From: Malacoraja senta | Lineage: Eukaryota | Assembly (NCBI GenBank): GCA_038087875.1 | Contig: CM075996.1 | Coordinates: 2,730,001 to 2,794,000, forward strand | Direction: 5' to 3' | DNA: 64,000 nt | Part shown: one piece after another, positions 52,351 to 64,000 of the stretch | Numbering within the stretch: the stretch's first letter is position 1 | How the letters are laid out: each line of letters begins with the position of its first letter | Program-made: the position numbers and the translations under genes | The notes under the pieces: model-generated | The model's input: only the letters and a program-made list of their open reading frames with translations | What the model was told of the DNA's origin: nothing | Database searches by the model: none

Positions 52351-54830
52351 GTGTGGTGTAGATTAGTATAACGTGGACTAGTGTAACGTAAATTAGTGTA
52401 ACTAGGTCCCTTCCGCTGCTGGACATGGGGGGGGGGGGGGCAGGGTGGGGTGGAGACGCCCCTCAAAATAAGGGAAGAGATTCCACGCCAGTGGGTCACA
52501 TGAGTGGCGAGGGTGTGTGGGGTAAAATTGTGATTTGGGGAAACTGTATTGAATGTACGTACAGCCTCCGAGAATGTCGGATGGAGTTTTGTAAGGATCA
52601 TGTATTGTAAATATTTATTTCTCGAATAGTCTATTTTGAAATTTAAAAAAAAATTAAAAAACAGGTGAATGTAGTGTAGATTAGTGTAACGCAGCCAGAC
52701 ATAAAAACAGTTTTTATCCACGAGTGGTTGCTCGACTCAACAGCCAAGAATCTGCAGCCTCCCTTTGATCTGGTATTTTGTTGGTTCAACCAATCAATAT
52801 CGGTTTTATTGGTCACATGGCACATAAAGTGCAAGTGAGATGAATTTGCCAGCAGCGATACAATGATCACGAACACACAAAAACACAATTAAAATTGAAC
52901 ACAAACATCCACCACACAATTCATCACTGCGGTGGAAGGCACACAATTTGTCCAGTCCTCCTCCATTTCCCCACGTGGTCGGGACCTCCACCCTCCGCAG
53001 CCGTTGCTGCGGGCGTCCAGATGAGTGAAAGTCCAGGTAAGTCCTGAATCGGCGCCTCCCCCACCGGAGACCTCGGCTTCAGGTTGGTGTAGGCCGCAGG
53101 CTGGCGGTCGGAGATTTAAAGTTCCCGCCGCAGCCAGGATTTTTGTCTAGTTAAATGTAGTTGTTTGTGTTTTTTAATATTGTTTTTAACTGTGTATATG
53201 TGGGGAGGGGAGGGGGAAACTTAAAAAAATCTCTTCCCTGCACGGGAGACCCGACCTTTTCCCTGTCGGGTCTCCGTTGTCGTTGGGGCCTAGCTCCGTG
53301 GAGCGGCCTCCGACCGGGATGACCTGGGGGCTCCAGTCGCGGATCCTGTGGAGCTGCGGACTTACCATCGTGGGGCTGGCCGGCCTCGGAGCGTGGGGAG
53401 CGGTGGTGGCTCGATGCTGCGGCCCGACTCCGGAGCTCCAGCTCCAGCTGCAGACATGTGGACTATGATATCGGGAGCTCGCGGGTCCGGGTGAGAGACC
53501 GCTTTCCGGAGCTCCCGCAACGCAACTTCTCCCGCCCGTGTCGCGGGGTTGGAACGACTCGGAGCGGGCCCGTAAATCGCCCGGCGCGGCTTTAATGGCC
53601 GCGGGACATTCCAGCGCCCCCGGGGGCTCCAACTTTGTGACTTTTGGGCCCGGAGCGAGGCAGTACACCGCCCGGCGCGGCCTCAATGGCCGTGGGACTT
53701 AATGTTGCCCGCCTGGGGCTTCAACATCGGGAGAAAAATGGTGCAGGGGAGAGAAAAGACTTTGCCTTCCATCACAGTGAGGAGGAGATTCACTGTGATG
53801 GATGTTTTTCTGTAAATTGAATTGTTTGTGTGTCGTGTAGGAATTGTTTTGTTTGTATGGCTGTGGAAATGGAATTTCGTTTGAGCCTCTTTGAGGTTCA
53901 AATGACAATAAAATCTAATCAATCAATCAATGAAGAAGCAACGCAGGTCGCAGGGCCGGCGGTCGAAGCTCCCCTCCAGGGGTCCAAAGGTAGGCTGCGG
54001 GCTGGCGGTGGTGGCTTCTTCTTCTCCCCGGGTCCCCCACGAGGGATCGCAGGCTGCGGACGCGGCTTGATCAATGGTGCTTTATCATTAATGTTTTATT
54101 ATTATTAATGTTTAGTGTTTTCTGAGTCATTCGTAACTGTCACTGTATGTCATGTTGTTACTTGTGGGCGGAGCACCAAGGCAAATTCCTTGTATGTGAA
54201 TACTTGGCCAATACACTTACTTACTTAGACTAGAGTAACATAGACTAGCGTAGTGTAGATGAAAGGAGGATAGGGCCAGGTTTCTAGGTTAAATAGCTTC
54301 TGTAAAACCCCTAATTTCTAGGATAGAAATAGTGATTGCTGGTGGGTGAGGACCCGGTGGGCCGAAGGGCCTGTTTCCACACTGTATATCTCTAAAGAGA
54401 AAGTGGGCCTTGCTCAGTTGGGCAACACGGTGGGTGTGGGCCGTAAGGGGCTGCTCCTGCGCTGTACGACTGCGTGACCCACTGATCCTGTGACCCGCGC
54501 TTCCTAAAGCAGGGAACCGCGGCTCTTTGCTTCAATGTGGGCAGGAAGTGTTTCAATGAGATCACCCTTCATTCCTCCCAGGCTCAGGGAAAGAGGCCCA
54601 GGACACGTGATCACCGGCCAACACCCACACCCCTGTGTTAAGTAAGCGAGGTTTGCACTCCCTCTGCTGCCAGTGGCTTTAATTGCAAGGAGACGCACAC
54701 ACTGCTCCCAGCTGCACGGCAACCGTGGCCCAAGTTTAGATTAGAGATACAGTGCGGAAACAGGTCCTTCGGCCTACTGAGTCTGCATCGACCAGCGATC
54801 CCCGTTAACACTATCCTACACACACTATAG

Positions 54831-54998
54831 CAGTGGTTCTTAACCTTTTTGGCACCAGTACGCGCATACGCAAACAAAATACTGTGTGTGGTATGTACTT
54901 TTGATAGGTTCCTAAACATGGGCTCAACATGTGTTATTTGTGTCCCCTTCATGACCCCCCGGCAAAGCCCCAAACGACCCCCAGGTTAAGAACCACTG
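54831..54998. mobile_element. hAT (Charlie-like) MITE nested in a minus-strand HE1-like SINE
   Basis: 16-bp TIRs CAGTGGTTCTTAACCT. 8-bp TSD CACTATAG / CACTACAG (7/8 match). Confidence 0.92.
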
Positions 54999-55554
54999 CA
55001 CTACAGGGACAATTTTACATATACCAAGCCAGTTGACCTGCAAACCTGTACGTGTTTGGAGTGTGGGAGGAGAGCGAAGATCTCGGAGACAACCCACGGG
55101 GAGAACGTACAAACTCCCGTACAGACAGCGCCCGTAGTCAGGATGGAACCCGGGTCTCCGGCGCTGTGAGGCGGCAAATCTACCCGCTGTGCTTCTGTTT
55201 CAGTTTCCTCATTATGACTCATCTTACTTCTCGTCTCCTCCCAGCCTTGGCAACGGGTCCTGCATTTGGTGGGGGCCTGCGTGATGGATTGGGCAGCGAC
55301 TAGGAGGGGCACCGAAACCCACTTGCGTGCGGCCGCAACTACTTCCACAGATCAAACGGTTGAGGTGTGAAGCGTGGGAGGGAGATGTTTAAATAAATGC
55401 TCTTTAGCTGCTCTGGAAGCAGCTTCTCACAACATGGTTCACATATCTCTCTCCGCCCCATGCCCTCAAACTTTAACCCAAGTAAACGCCATCAATCTGG
55501 TCTTAACACTTCCAATTAAAGCTTCAATGTCTTTGGGAAAGTTCTGTTCCACAC

Positions 55555-55907
55555 TTAAGGGCTTGGACGCGCTAGAGGCAGGAAACATGTTCCCGATGTT
55601 GGGGGAGTCCAGAACCAGGGGCCACACAGTTTAAGAATAAGGAGTAAGCCATTTAGAACGGAGACGAGGAAACACTTTTTCTCACAGAGAGTGGTGAGTC
55701 TGTGGAATTCTCTGCCTCAGAGGGCGGTGGAGGCCGGTTCTCTGGATGCTTTCAGGAGAGAGCTAGATAGGGCTCTTAAAGAAAGCGGAGTCAGGGGATA
55801 TGGGGAGAAGGCAGGAACAGGGTACTGATTGGGGATGATCAGCCATGATCACATTGAATGGCGGTGCTGCCTGGAAGGGCCAAATGGCCTACTCCTGCAC
55901 CTATTGT
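55555..55907 (+). mobile_element. CR1-type LINE 3' fragment
   Basis: Same family as 2645-3058. Confidence 0.9.
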
Positions 55908-56892
55908 CCCTTCCCCCGTTGTCACAATAAAGTATGGGTGTCAGTCTGAAGAAGGGTCTCGACCCGAAACGTCACCCATCCCTTCTCTCCAGAGATGCTG
56001 CCTGTCCCGCTGAGTTACTCCAGCACTTTGTGTCTACCTTCGATTTAAACCGGCACCTGCAGTTCTTTCTTACACATCACCTAAACGGATCCTCCAGCCC
56101 AGAGTCCACGCCGACCAACGTCACTCCATGTGCACTCACACTAGTTTAGCTTTAGAGATAGAGATACAACGCGGAAACAGGCCCTTCGGCCCACCGAGCC
56201 GTGCTAGAGTGCACAGCCACAGAATAATAGGACGTACCTTTATATTGGAGATGAGGAGGAATTTCTTTAGCCAGAGGGTGGTGAATCTGCGGAATTCATT
56301 GCCACAGACGGCGGTGGAAGCCAACACTATGGGTATTTTTAAAGCAGAGTTTGATCCTTTAACACAGAGGGTGGTGGGTGTATGGAACGAGCTGCTGGAG
56401 GAGGTAGTTGAGGCAGGGACTATCGCAATGTTTAAGACACATTTAGACAGGTACATGGATAGGACAGGTTTGGAGGGATATGGGTCAAACGCAGGCAGGT
56501 GGGGCAGGTGTCGATGGGGAGAGGAGGGGAGAAGTGTTTGGGGGTATGGGACAGGAAACCCACGCAGTCGCAGGGCGAACGTGCAAACTCCACAGACAGC
56601 ACTGGAGTCCAAGGATTGAACCTGGGACCGTGAAGCCGAGAGGCAGTAAAAACTGAGAGATTGACGCTAAAAGTCGGAGTAACTCAGCGGGACAAGCAGC
56701 ATCTCTGGTGAGAAGGAATGGGGTCAGCCTGAAAGGGAAAGGAGAGATACAGACGGTGAGGTAGAGAGATTTGGAACATTGAATGAAAGAAAGTAAACTC
56801 TATTAGTCAAGCCAGCCAAAACACACAACAAAAACCTCAAATCTTCCCCAATTAACTTCCAGTTGGGACAGCAACAAGTCGGAATAGGATCT

Positions 56893-56898
56893 TTTATT
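56893..56898 (-). terminator. Candidate polyadenylation signal of TMEM184B (AATAAA)
   Basis: Minus-strand AATAAA preceded by unique U/A-rich UTR-like sequence (56900-57300) and followed by a GU-rich downstream element (~56821-56840). Confidence 0.6.
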
Positions 56899-57379
56899 AA
56901 CTTTTGCCAAGGAGGTACATCACAAGGAACGAAATAGAAGCAGCTTCCTTGAGCTCATATACACAAATGGCAGCTAAAGATACAAAACTAGGTGGGTTCT
57001 GTCAAATTTATATCATACATTATTTCAATATATATATATACAGTACTATGTACAATATCACACTACAGTTCCGTCAATGCACATTATTCATCCCACCCTC
57101 GCCCTACCTGCACCCCCCCCCCACCCCAATCTCCAAGCCCATCTTTGAGACCCTTACAGAAGACTTCAGAAAGTTTAGTCGACCTCAAGGTGCCCAGAAT
57201 GAAACTGGAAGCAGTGAACCTGGCATTTTGACTCTTTACAACACAAAAAACGCAAAGCAAAAATGTAAAAATCAAATTCGCCCCCGAACGCAGAGTTAAC
57301 TCCAAAGTACGCACGCGCGCGCGATGAGAGAGCCGCTATTGTTTGGCTGGAGAGCAACACAAGATATAGACACAAAACG

Positions 57380-57925
57380 CTGTGTGCAGTTTTGGTCTCC
57401 AAATTTGAGGAAGGACATTCTTGCTATTGAGGGAGTGCAGCGTAGGTTCACCAGGTTAATTCCCAGGATGGCGGGACTGACATATGCTGATAGAATGGAG
57501 CGGCTGGGCTTGTATACACTGGAGTTTAGAATGATGAGAGGGAATCTTATTGAAACATATAATTTTTTAAGGGTTTGGACACCCTAGAGGCAGGAAACAT
57601 GTTCCCGATGTTGGGGAGTCCAGAACCTGGGGCCACACAGTTTAAGAATAAGGGGTAAGCCATTTAGAACAGAGATGAGGAAACACTTTTTCACTCAGAG
57701 TGTGAACCTGTGGAATTCTCTGCCTCAGAAGGCAGTGGAGGCCAATTCTCTGGATGCTTTCAGGAGGGAGATGAGAGTTAGATAGAGCTATTAAAGATAG
57801 CGGGTCAGGGGATATGGGGAGAAGGCAGGAACGGGTACTGATTGTGGATGATCAGCCATGATCACATTGAATGGCGGTGCTGGCTCGAAGGGCCGAATGG
57901 CCTACTCCTGCACCTATTGTCTATC
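57380..57925 (+). mobile_element. CR1-type LINE 3' fragment (antisense within putative TMEM184B 3'UTR)
   Basis: CVQFWSPNLRKDILAIEGVQRRFTRLIP remnant and tail. Confidence 0.92.
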
Positions 57926-58574
57926 GGGTCTCTCCTCAACCTCTAGCATTCCAGAGAAAACAATTCAAGATAGTCCAAGAAGACACAAAGTGGGACAGGC
58001 AAGTGTCTATGGAGAAGATGATTAGGTGACGTTTCAGGTCGAGACCATTCTTCTGAAGAGTCCGAAGAGGAATCTCGACTTGAACAGTCTGAAAAGAGTC
58101 TCGACCCAAATGTCACCCACCCAGGTTCTCCAGAGATGCTCCATCACTTTGTGCACTTCTTGTGCATGAACCAGCATCTGCAGTTCTTTGTATCTACCTC
58201 AAGGGTGGTGAATCTGTGGGATTCGTTGCCACAGAAGGCTGTGGGGGGCAAGTCAGTGGATATTTGTAAGGCGGGAGATTGATAGATTCTTGATAAGTAC
58301 CAAGTGTCAGGGGTTATGGGGTGGGGGGGTGGGGAAGACAGGAGAATGGGGTCGAGAGGGAAAGATAGATCAGCCACGATTGAATGGCAGAGTAGACTTG
58401 ATGGGCCCGAATGGCCGAGTTCTGCCCCTGCAAGTTAGAAATTTGTCCAACTCTCCGGATGGGACGAACGCACCTAATCCAGGCGACACACCTACCGAAG
58501 CCTTTCGGTTCGTGAATGCCACAGATGAAGTTGACACAAGAACTTGAAAGTTCTGGCACAGGCAACAAATGTTT

Positions 58575-58895
58575 GTTCCCGATGTTGGGGAAGTCCAGAA
58601 CAAGGGGTCACAGTTTAAGGATAAGGGGGAAGTCTTTTAGGACCGAGATGAGAATTTTTTTTTTCACACAGAGTGGTGAATCTGTGGAATTCTCTACCAC
58701 AGAAAGTAGTTGAGGCCAGTTCATTGGCTATATTTAGGAGGGAGTTAGATGTGGCCCTTGTGGCTAAAGGGATCAGGGGGTATGGAGAGAAGGCAGGTAC
58801 AGGATACTGAGTTGGATGATCAGCCATGATCATATTGAATGGCGGTGCAGGCTCGAAGGGCCGAATGGCCTACCCCTGCACCTATTTTCTATGTT
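58575..58895 (+). mobile_element. CR1-type LINE 3' fragment
   Basis: Same subfamily as 1-282. Confidence 0.9.
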
Positions 58896-60889
58896 CTTGG
58901 ATCTCTCTCCCACGCAAGCTTTCGACGGGGTCAACCGAACGCCGCCCAGGACTGTGTGAAAATCTGAACCAAGGACAAGGAAACTATGAAACACTGCCAG
59001 TCCCTCAAATAAGAAATAACTCGGGCTCTGCAGCTGGCAAAATGGCGGACGTTTCCGTTCAAATGAAGGCACACGATAGTGGGATCCTGGAGGGATGGTC
59101 TCCAGCTCAGTGGACAGTGCAGAACAGGTCAGGCCAAAGTATAACGAGGATGGGATATCTGGCTTCAACCAGGGGGAAGGGAGGTAGACAAAAATGCTGG
59201 AGAAACTCAGCGGGTGCAGCAGCATATATGGAGCGAAGGAAATAGGCAACGTTTCGGGCCGAAACCCTTCTTCAGGGGGAAGGGAGGTATCCGTGGGACT
59301 AATATTGTTGCCATTGAGGCGTTAAAGGGAGACACAAAAATGCTGGAGTAACTCAGCGGGACGGGCAACATCTTTGGAGCGAAGGAATGGGTGACGTTTC
59401 GGGTCGAGACCCTTCTTCAGACTTTCCCTTCGGGCAAGAGAGAGCTAGATAGGGCTCTTAAAGATAGCGGAGTCTGGGGATATGGGGGGGGGGGGGGGGG
59501 GGATGGCAGGAACGGGGTACTGATTGGGGATGATCAGCCATGATCACATTGAATGGCGGTGCTGGCTCGAAGGGCCAATTGGCCTACTCCTGCACCTATT
59601 GTCTATTGTCTAATAGGTACAGAAGTGTGAAAACGCACACCTCCAGATTCAGGGACAGTTTCTTCCCAGCTGTTATCAGGCAACTGAACCATCCTACCAC
59701 AACCAGAGAGCAGTGCTGAACTACTATCTACCTCATTGGAGATCCTCGGGCTCTTTGATCGGACTTGACAGGCTTTACTTTGCACTAAACGTCATTCACG
59801 TTCTTCCCTTATCATGTATCTGTACACTGTAAACGGCCTGATTGTAATCATGTATTGTCTTTCCGCTGACTGGTTAGCACGCAACAAAAAGCTTTTCACT
59901 GTACCTCGCGGGGACCCATTCACTTTAGTTCTATTTTTCTTTCCACTTTCACATCCACCCCCTACACACTAGGGGCAATTTACAGGGGGCGCCCGGAGAA
60001 AACCAACGTGGTCACAGGGAGAACTCCGTACAGACAGCACCCGAAGTCAGGATCAAAACTCAGGTCTCCGGTGCTGAGGCAGCGGATCCACCCGCTGCAC
60101 AACAGCGCCACCCAAATTGAAAGCTTCCAGTTAAATCCCCAGATAAAAAGAGAGGGGAGAGAGAGAGAGAGAGAGAGGGTGAGAGGGAGAAAGGGGGGAG
60201 ATGAAGTGAGAGAGGGTGAGAGGGAGAAGGGGGGGGGAGATGGAGAGGGAGAGAGAGAGGGTGAGAGGGAGAAAGGGGGGAGAGGGAGAGAGAGAGGGAG
60301 GGGGAGAGGGAGAGACAGTGGGAGAGGGAGAGAGGGAGGGAGGGAGAGAGGGAGGGAGGGAGAGAGGGGAGAAGGGTGCGAAGGGGTGAGAGGGAGCGAG
60401 GCTCCAAAGATGGTAAAAAGTCACAATGCTTGCAAGTGACCTAGCTTCCTTTGAAAGTAGACAAAAATGCTGGAGAAACTCAGCAGGCGAGGCAGCATCT
60501 ATGGAGCGAAGGAAATAGGCGACGTTTCGGGTCGAGACCCTTCTTCAGCTTCCTTTGAAGCCTCTTCGCTGCAGCAACAAACCTTCCCCTCCCCAACCCT
60601 ATTGGAATGGGCTGCATTTTGCTGGCACCAGCCTCTTGCTGGACCTCTGGGCAAAGTCCCCTCCAGATGGCAGCACCGATTCCATGCCCTGCATCAGGCG
60701 CAGAAAGGACATGAACAGAGCTAGTCGTGGTGGTAACCCCTCATCCCCGACGACGGACAACCTAAAAACACAACAACCCCCAGCACATTAAAAATAAAAG
60801 TTTATATTCCTAAAACAATTGGCCTGAATTGGTCGATATTCTTCTTTCAGAAGGCAATGATCCAATTGCAAAGCCAAAATGGACACAAC

Positions 60890-61385
60890 GTGCTGGAGTA
60901 ACTCAGCGGGTCAGGCAGCATCTGTGGAGAACATGGATAGGTGACGTTTCACAGAGTGCTGGAGTAACTCAGCGGGACAGGCAGCATCTCTGGAGAACAT
61001 GGATAGGTGACGTTTCACAGAGTGCTGGAGTAACTCAGCGGGTCAGGCAGCATCTGTGGAGCGAAGGAAATGGGCAACCTTTCGGGCCGAAACCCTGAAG
61101 GAAATAGGCAACGTTTCGGGCCGAAACCCGGAAGGGTTTCGGGCCGAAACGTTGCCTATTTCCTTCGCTCCATAGATGCTGCCGGAACATGGATAGGTGA
61201 CATTTCCCAGAGTGCTGGAGTAACTCAGCGGGTCAGGCAGCATCTGTGGAGAACATGGATAGGTGACGTTTCACAGAGTGCTGGAGTAACTCAGCGGGTC
61301 AGGCAGCATCTGTGGAGAATGTGGGCAAGCGATGATCTGGGTCTGCTGACGGACCTGCCGAGTTACTCCAGCACTTTGTGTCTTT
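60890..61385. repeat. Tandem ~66-bp units of the Penelope-derived repeat with internal inversions
   Basis: tgctggagtaactcagcgggtcaggcagcatctgtggagaacatggataggtgacgtttcacagag repeated about five times. Confidence 0.85.
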
Positions 61386-61551
61386 TTTCTCTTTTGTACA
61401 TGGGCGCCTGCAGTTCCCCGGGTAAAATGGCCGCCGGGCCTCCAGGCCCGATCCCAGGAAGGTTGGAAGGGCGGCCGCCCCGTGGCTCACCGCCGTCGCG
61501 CTTTCTCTCTCTCTCTCTCTCTCCCCCCACGCCGCGCGGACGTCGAGGGTC

Positions 61552-61878
<327 letters not shown>

Positions 61879-62454
61879 TCAGGTGGCGCAGCGGTAGAGT
61901 CGCTGCCTTGCAGCGCTCGCAGCGACAGAGACGCGGGTTCGATCCCAACTACGGGTGCCGTTTTTAGTTTCGAGACATTGCATTGAAACAGGCCCTTCGG
62001 CCCACTGAGTCCACACTGACCACCCCTTCACACTGGTTCTATATTCCCCAAACTTTCTCATCCACTCTACATGCTAGGGGACATATTTTACAGAGGGCAA
62101 TTAACCTCACAAACCCGCACGTCTTTGGAGTGTGGGAGGAAAGAGGAGCACCTGGAGGAAACCCACCTGGTCACAGGGAGAACATGCAAACTCCACACAC
62201 AGACAGACAGCACCCGAAGTCGGGATGGAACCCGGGTCTCCAGCGCTGCGAGGCAGCAACTCGTTCAACTGCGCTTGATGGCAGGTACCGCCCACCTCAG
62301 ACAGGTGACCCGTTGACTTGTCTAACACATTTCATTGTACCGTTGACCCTGTGTTAACCCACATACGCTGAGCCGCCCTCCCGCAAACGCGCGTTGGGGA
62401 AACGTGGTCTAGTGACAAATAAAACGGAACTGAACTGAGGGACACAAAACCTTT

Positions 62455-62855
62455 GCAGGAGGATGAGGGGTGATCTTATAGAGGGGTATAAAATCAAGAG
62501 AGGAATAGATCGGGGAGACGCACAGAGTCTCTTGCCCAGAGTAGGGGAATTGAGGACCAGAGGACATATTGTAGGATCAAGGTGAAGGGGAAAAGATTTA
62601 ATAGGAATCTGAGGGGTAACATTTTCACACAGAGGGTGGTGGGTGTATGGAACGAGCTGCCAGAGCTGCCAGAGGAGGTAGTTGAGGCTGGGACTATCCC
62701 AACGTTTAAGAAACAGTTAGACAGGTACATGGATAGGACAGGTTTTGGAGGGATATGGACCAAACATGGGCAAGTGGGACCAGCGTAGCTGGGACAGGTT
62801 GGCTGGTGTGGGCAAGATGGGCCGAATGGCCTGTTTCCACACTGTATCACTCTGT
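62455..62855 (+). mobile_element. CR1-type LINE (second family) 3' fragment in TMEM184B last intron
   Basis: RGNIFTQRVVGVWNELPEEVVEAG remnant. Confidence 0.85.
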
Positions 62856-64000
62856 GAGTCTATGACCCATTCCGGGTGCGTTCTCACCAGCGTACGACAA
62901 AATTGTGGTAAGGTCTTTATTTTTGCACAAATCCAATCATAGTTAACATAACATCCGCTTCCCAAAGTGTTCCTTGCTGGCAACAGCCTCAGGGAAAAAT
63001 GGGGATTATAAATTCATTTGTTCACGGGGTATATTTATTCCCAAGACATAGGAACAGAATTAGGCCATTCGGCCCATCGAGTCTACTCCGCTATTCAATC
63101 ATGGCCGATCTATCTCTCCCTCCTAACCCCATTCTCCTGCCTTCTCCCCATAACCTCCGACACCCGTACTAATCAAGAATCTATCTATATCTGCCTTAGA
63201 TATATCCATTGACTTGGCCTCCACAGCATTCTGTGGCAATGAATTCCATAGATTCACCACCCTCTGAGTAAAGAAATTCCTCCTCATCTCCTTCCTAAAG
63301 GAACGTCCGTTAATTCTGAGGCTGTGGTCTCTAGCCCTAGACTCTCCCACCAGTGGAAACAACCTCTCCACGCCCACTTGTGTAGGAAGGAACTGCAGAT
63401 GCTGGTTTAAACCGGAGATAGACTGGAGTAACTCAGCGGGTCAGACAGCATCTCTGGAGAAAAGGGACAGTTGACGTTTCGGGTCAAGACCCTGAAAGTC
63501 ACCTAATCTTTTTCTCCAGAGATGCTGTCCGAACCGCTGAGTTACTCCAGCTTTTTGTGTCCCTCTCTCCACATCCACTCTATCCAGGAACATTTACAGA
63601 TCGGAGCTTAACTGTTGCACGCAGAATAAAAAGGTAAAGGCAGCCTACCGTACGGACCATACGCCAGCACTATCCCGGGTGAAAGATTGGCAGAAGCAAG
63701 AGGCAGACAGAGAAAGACAAAGTGAGAGAGGGTGAGAGAAAGGTACCCTGCCCCCTACAAAAATCACCCCCGTACATCAGGACACAAGAACCACCCTGCG
63801 GCATTCCGGTTTCCCTCCCATCTCAAAGAGAGGAATTGCCGAGGAATCTTGCCTCAAGGAGGAGGAAGGAACTGCAGATGCTGGTTGACACCGAAGATAA
63901 GACACAGAATGCTGGAGTAACTCAGCGGGACAGGCAGCATCTCTGGAGAGAAGGAATGGGTGACGTTTCGGGTCGGGACCTTTCTTCAGACTAAACATTG

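Noticed and set aside
52990..53760. GC-rich stretch with a 166-aa ORF, possible promoter or MAFF exon
   Set aside because: No bZIP or other recognisable coding motif. Its flanks match dispersed repeat sequence at 25540-25770 and 13640-13790.

Overview
Repeat-rich (TE-dominated) vertebrate genomic DNA, almost certainly from a cartilaginous fish: it carries HE1-like tRNA-SINEs, CR1/HER1-like LINEs, Penelope-derived repeats and Rex1-like LINE tails. There are two 200-N scaffold gaps (10811-11010, 44707-44906). Three spliced protein-coding genes, all on the minus strand and all partial, could be reconstructed by hand with GT-AG boundaries and consistent phases. (1) Exons 1-6 of a strongly divergent CYP3A-like cytochrome P450 (18315->11120), cut off at the first gap. 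(2) The last 7 coding exons of BAIAP2L2/pinkbar (44309->27414; end of I-BAR, SH3, WH2-like tail), cut off at the second gap. (3) The terminal coding exon of TMEM184B (61790->61552) with a probable ~4.7 kb 3'UTR. An orphan plus-strand 3'UTR ends near 50.57 kb (MAFF by synteny inference). The most notable observations are these: the CYP3-like protein has lost its WxxxR motif and the R105-equivalent residue and sits in the BAIAP2L2/TMEM184B paralogon; a ~1 kb minisatellite is built from its own exon-2 splice donor; many minimal hammerhead-ribozyme cores occur in Penelope-derived repeats, including sense copies in the TMEM184B 3'UTR; and Harbinger MITEs have repeatedly inserted at identical sites in other repeats.
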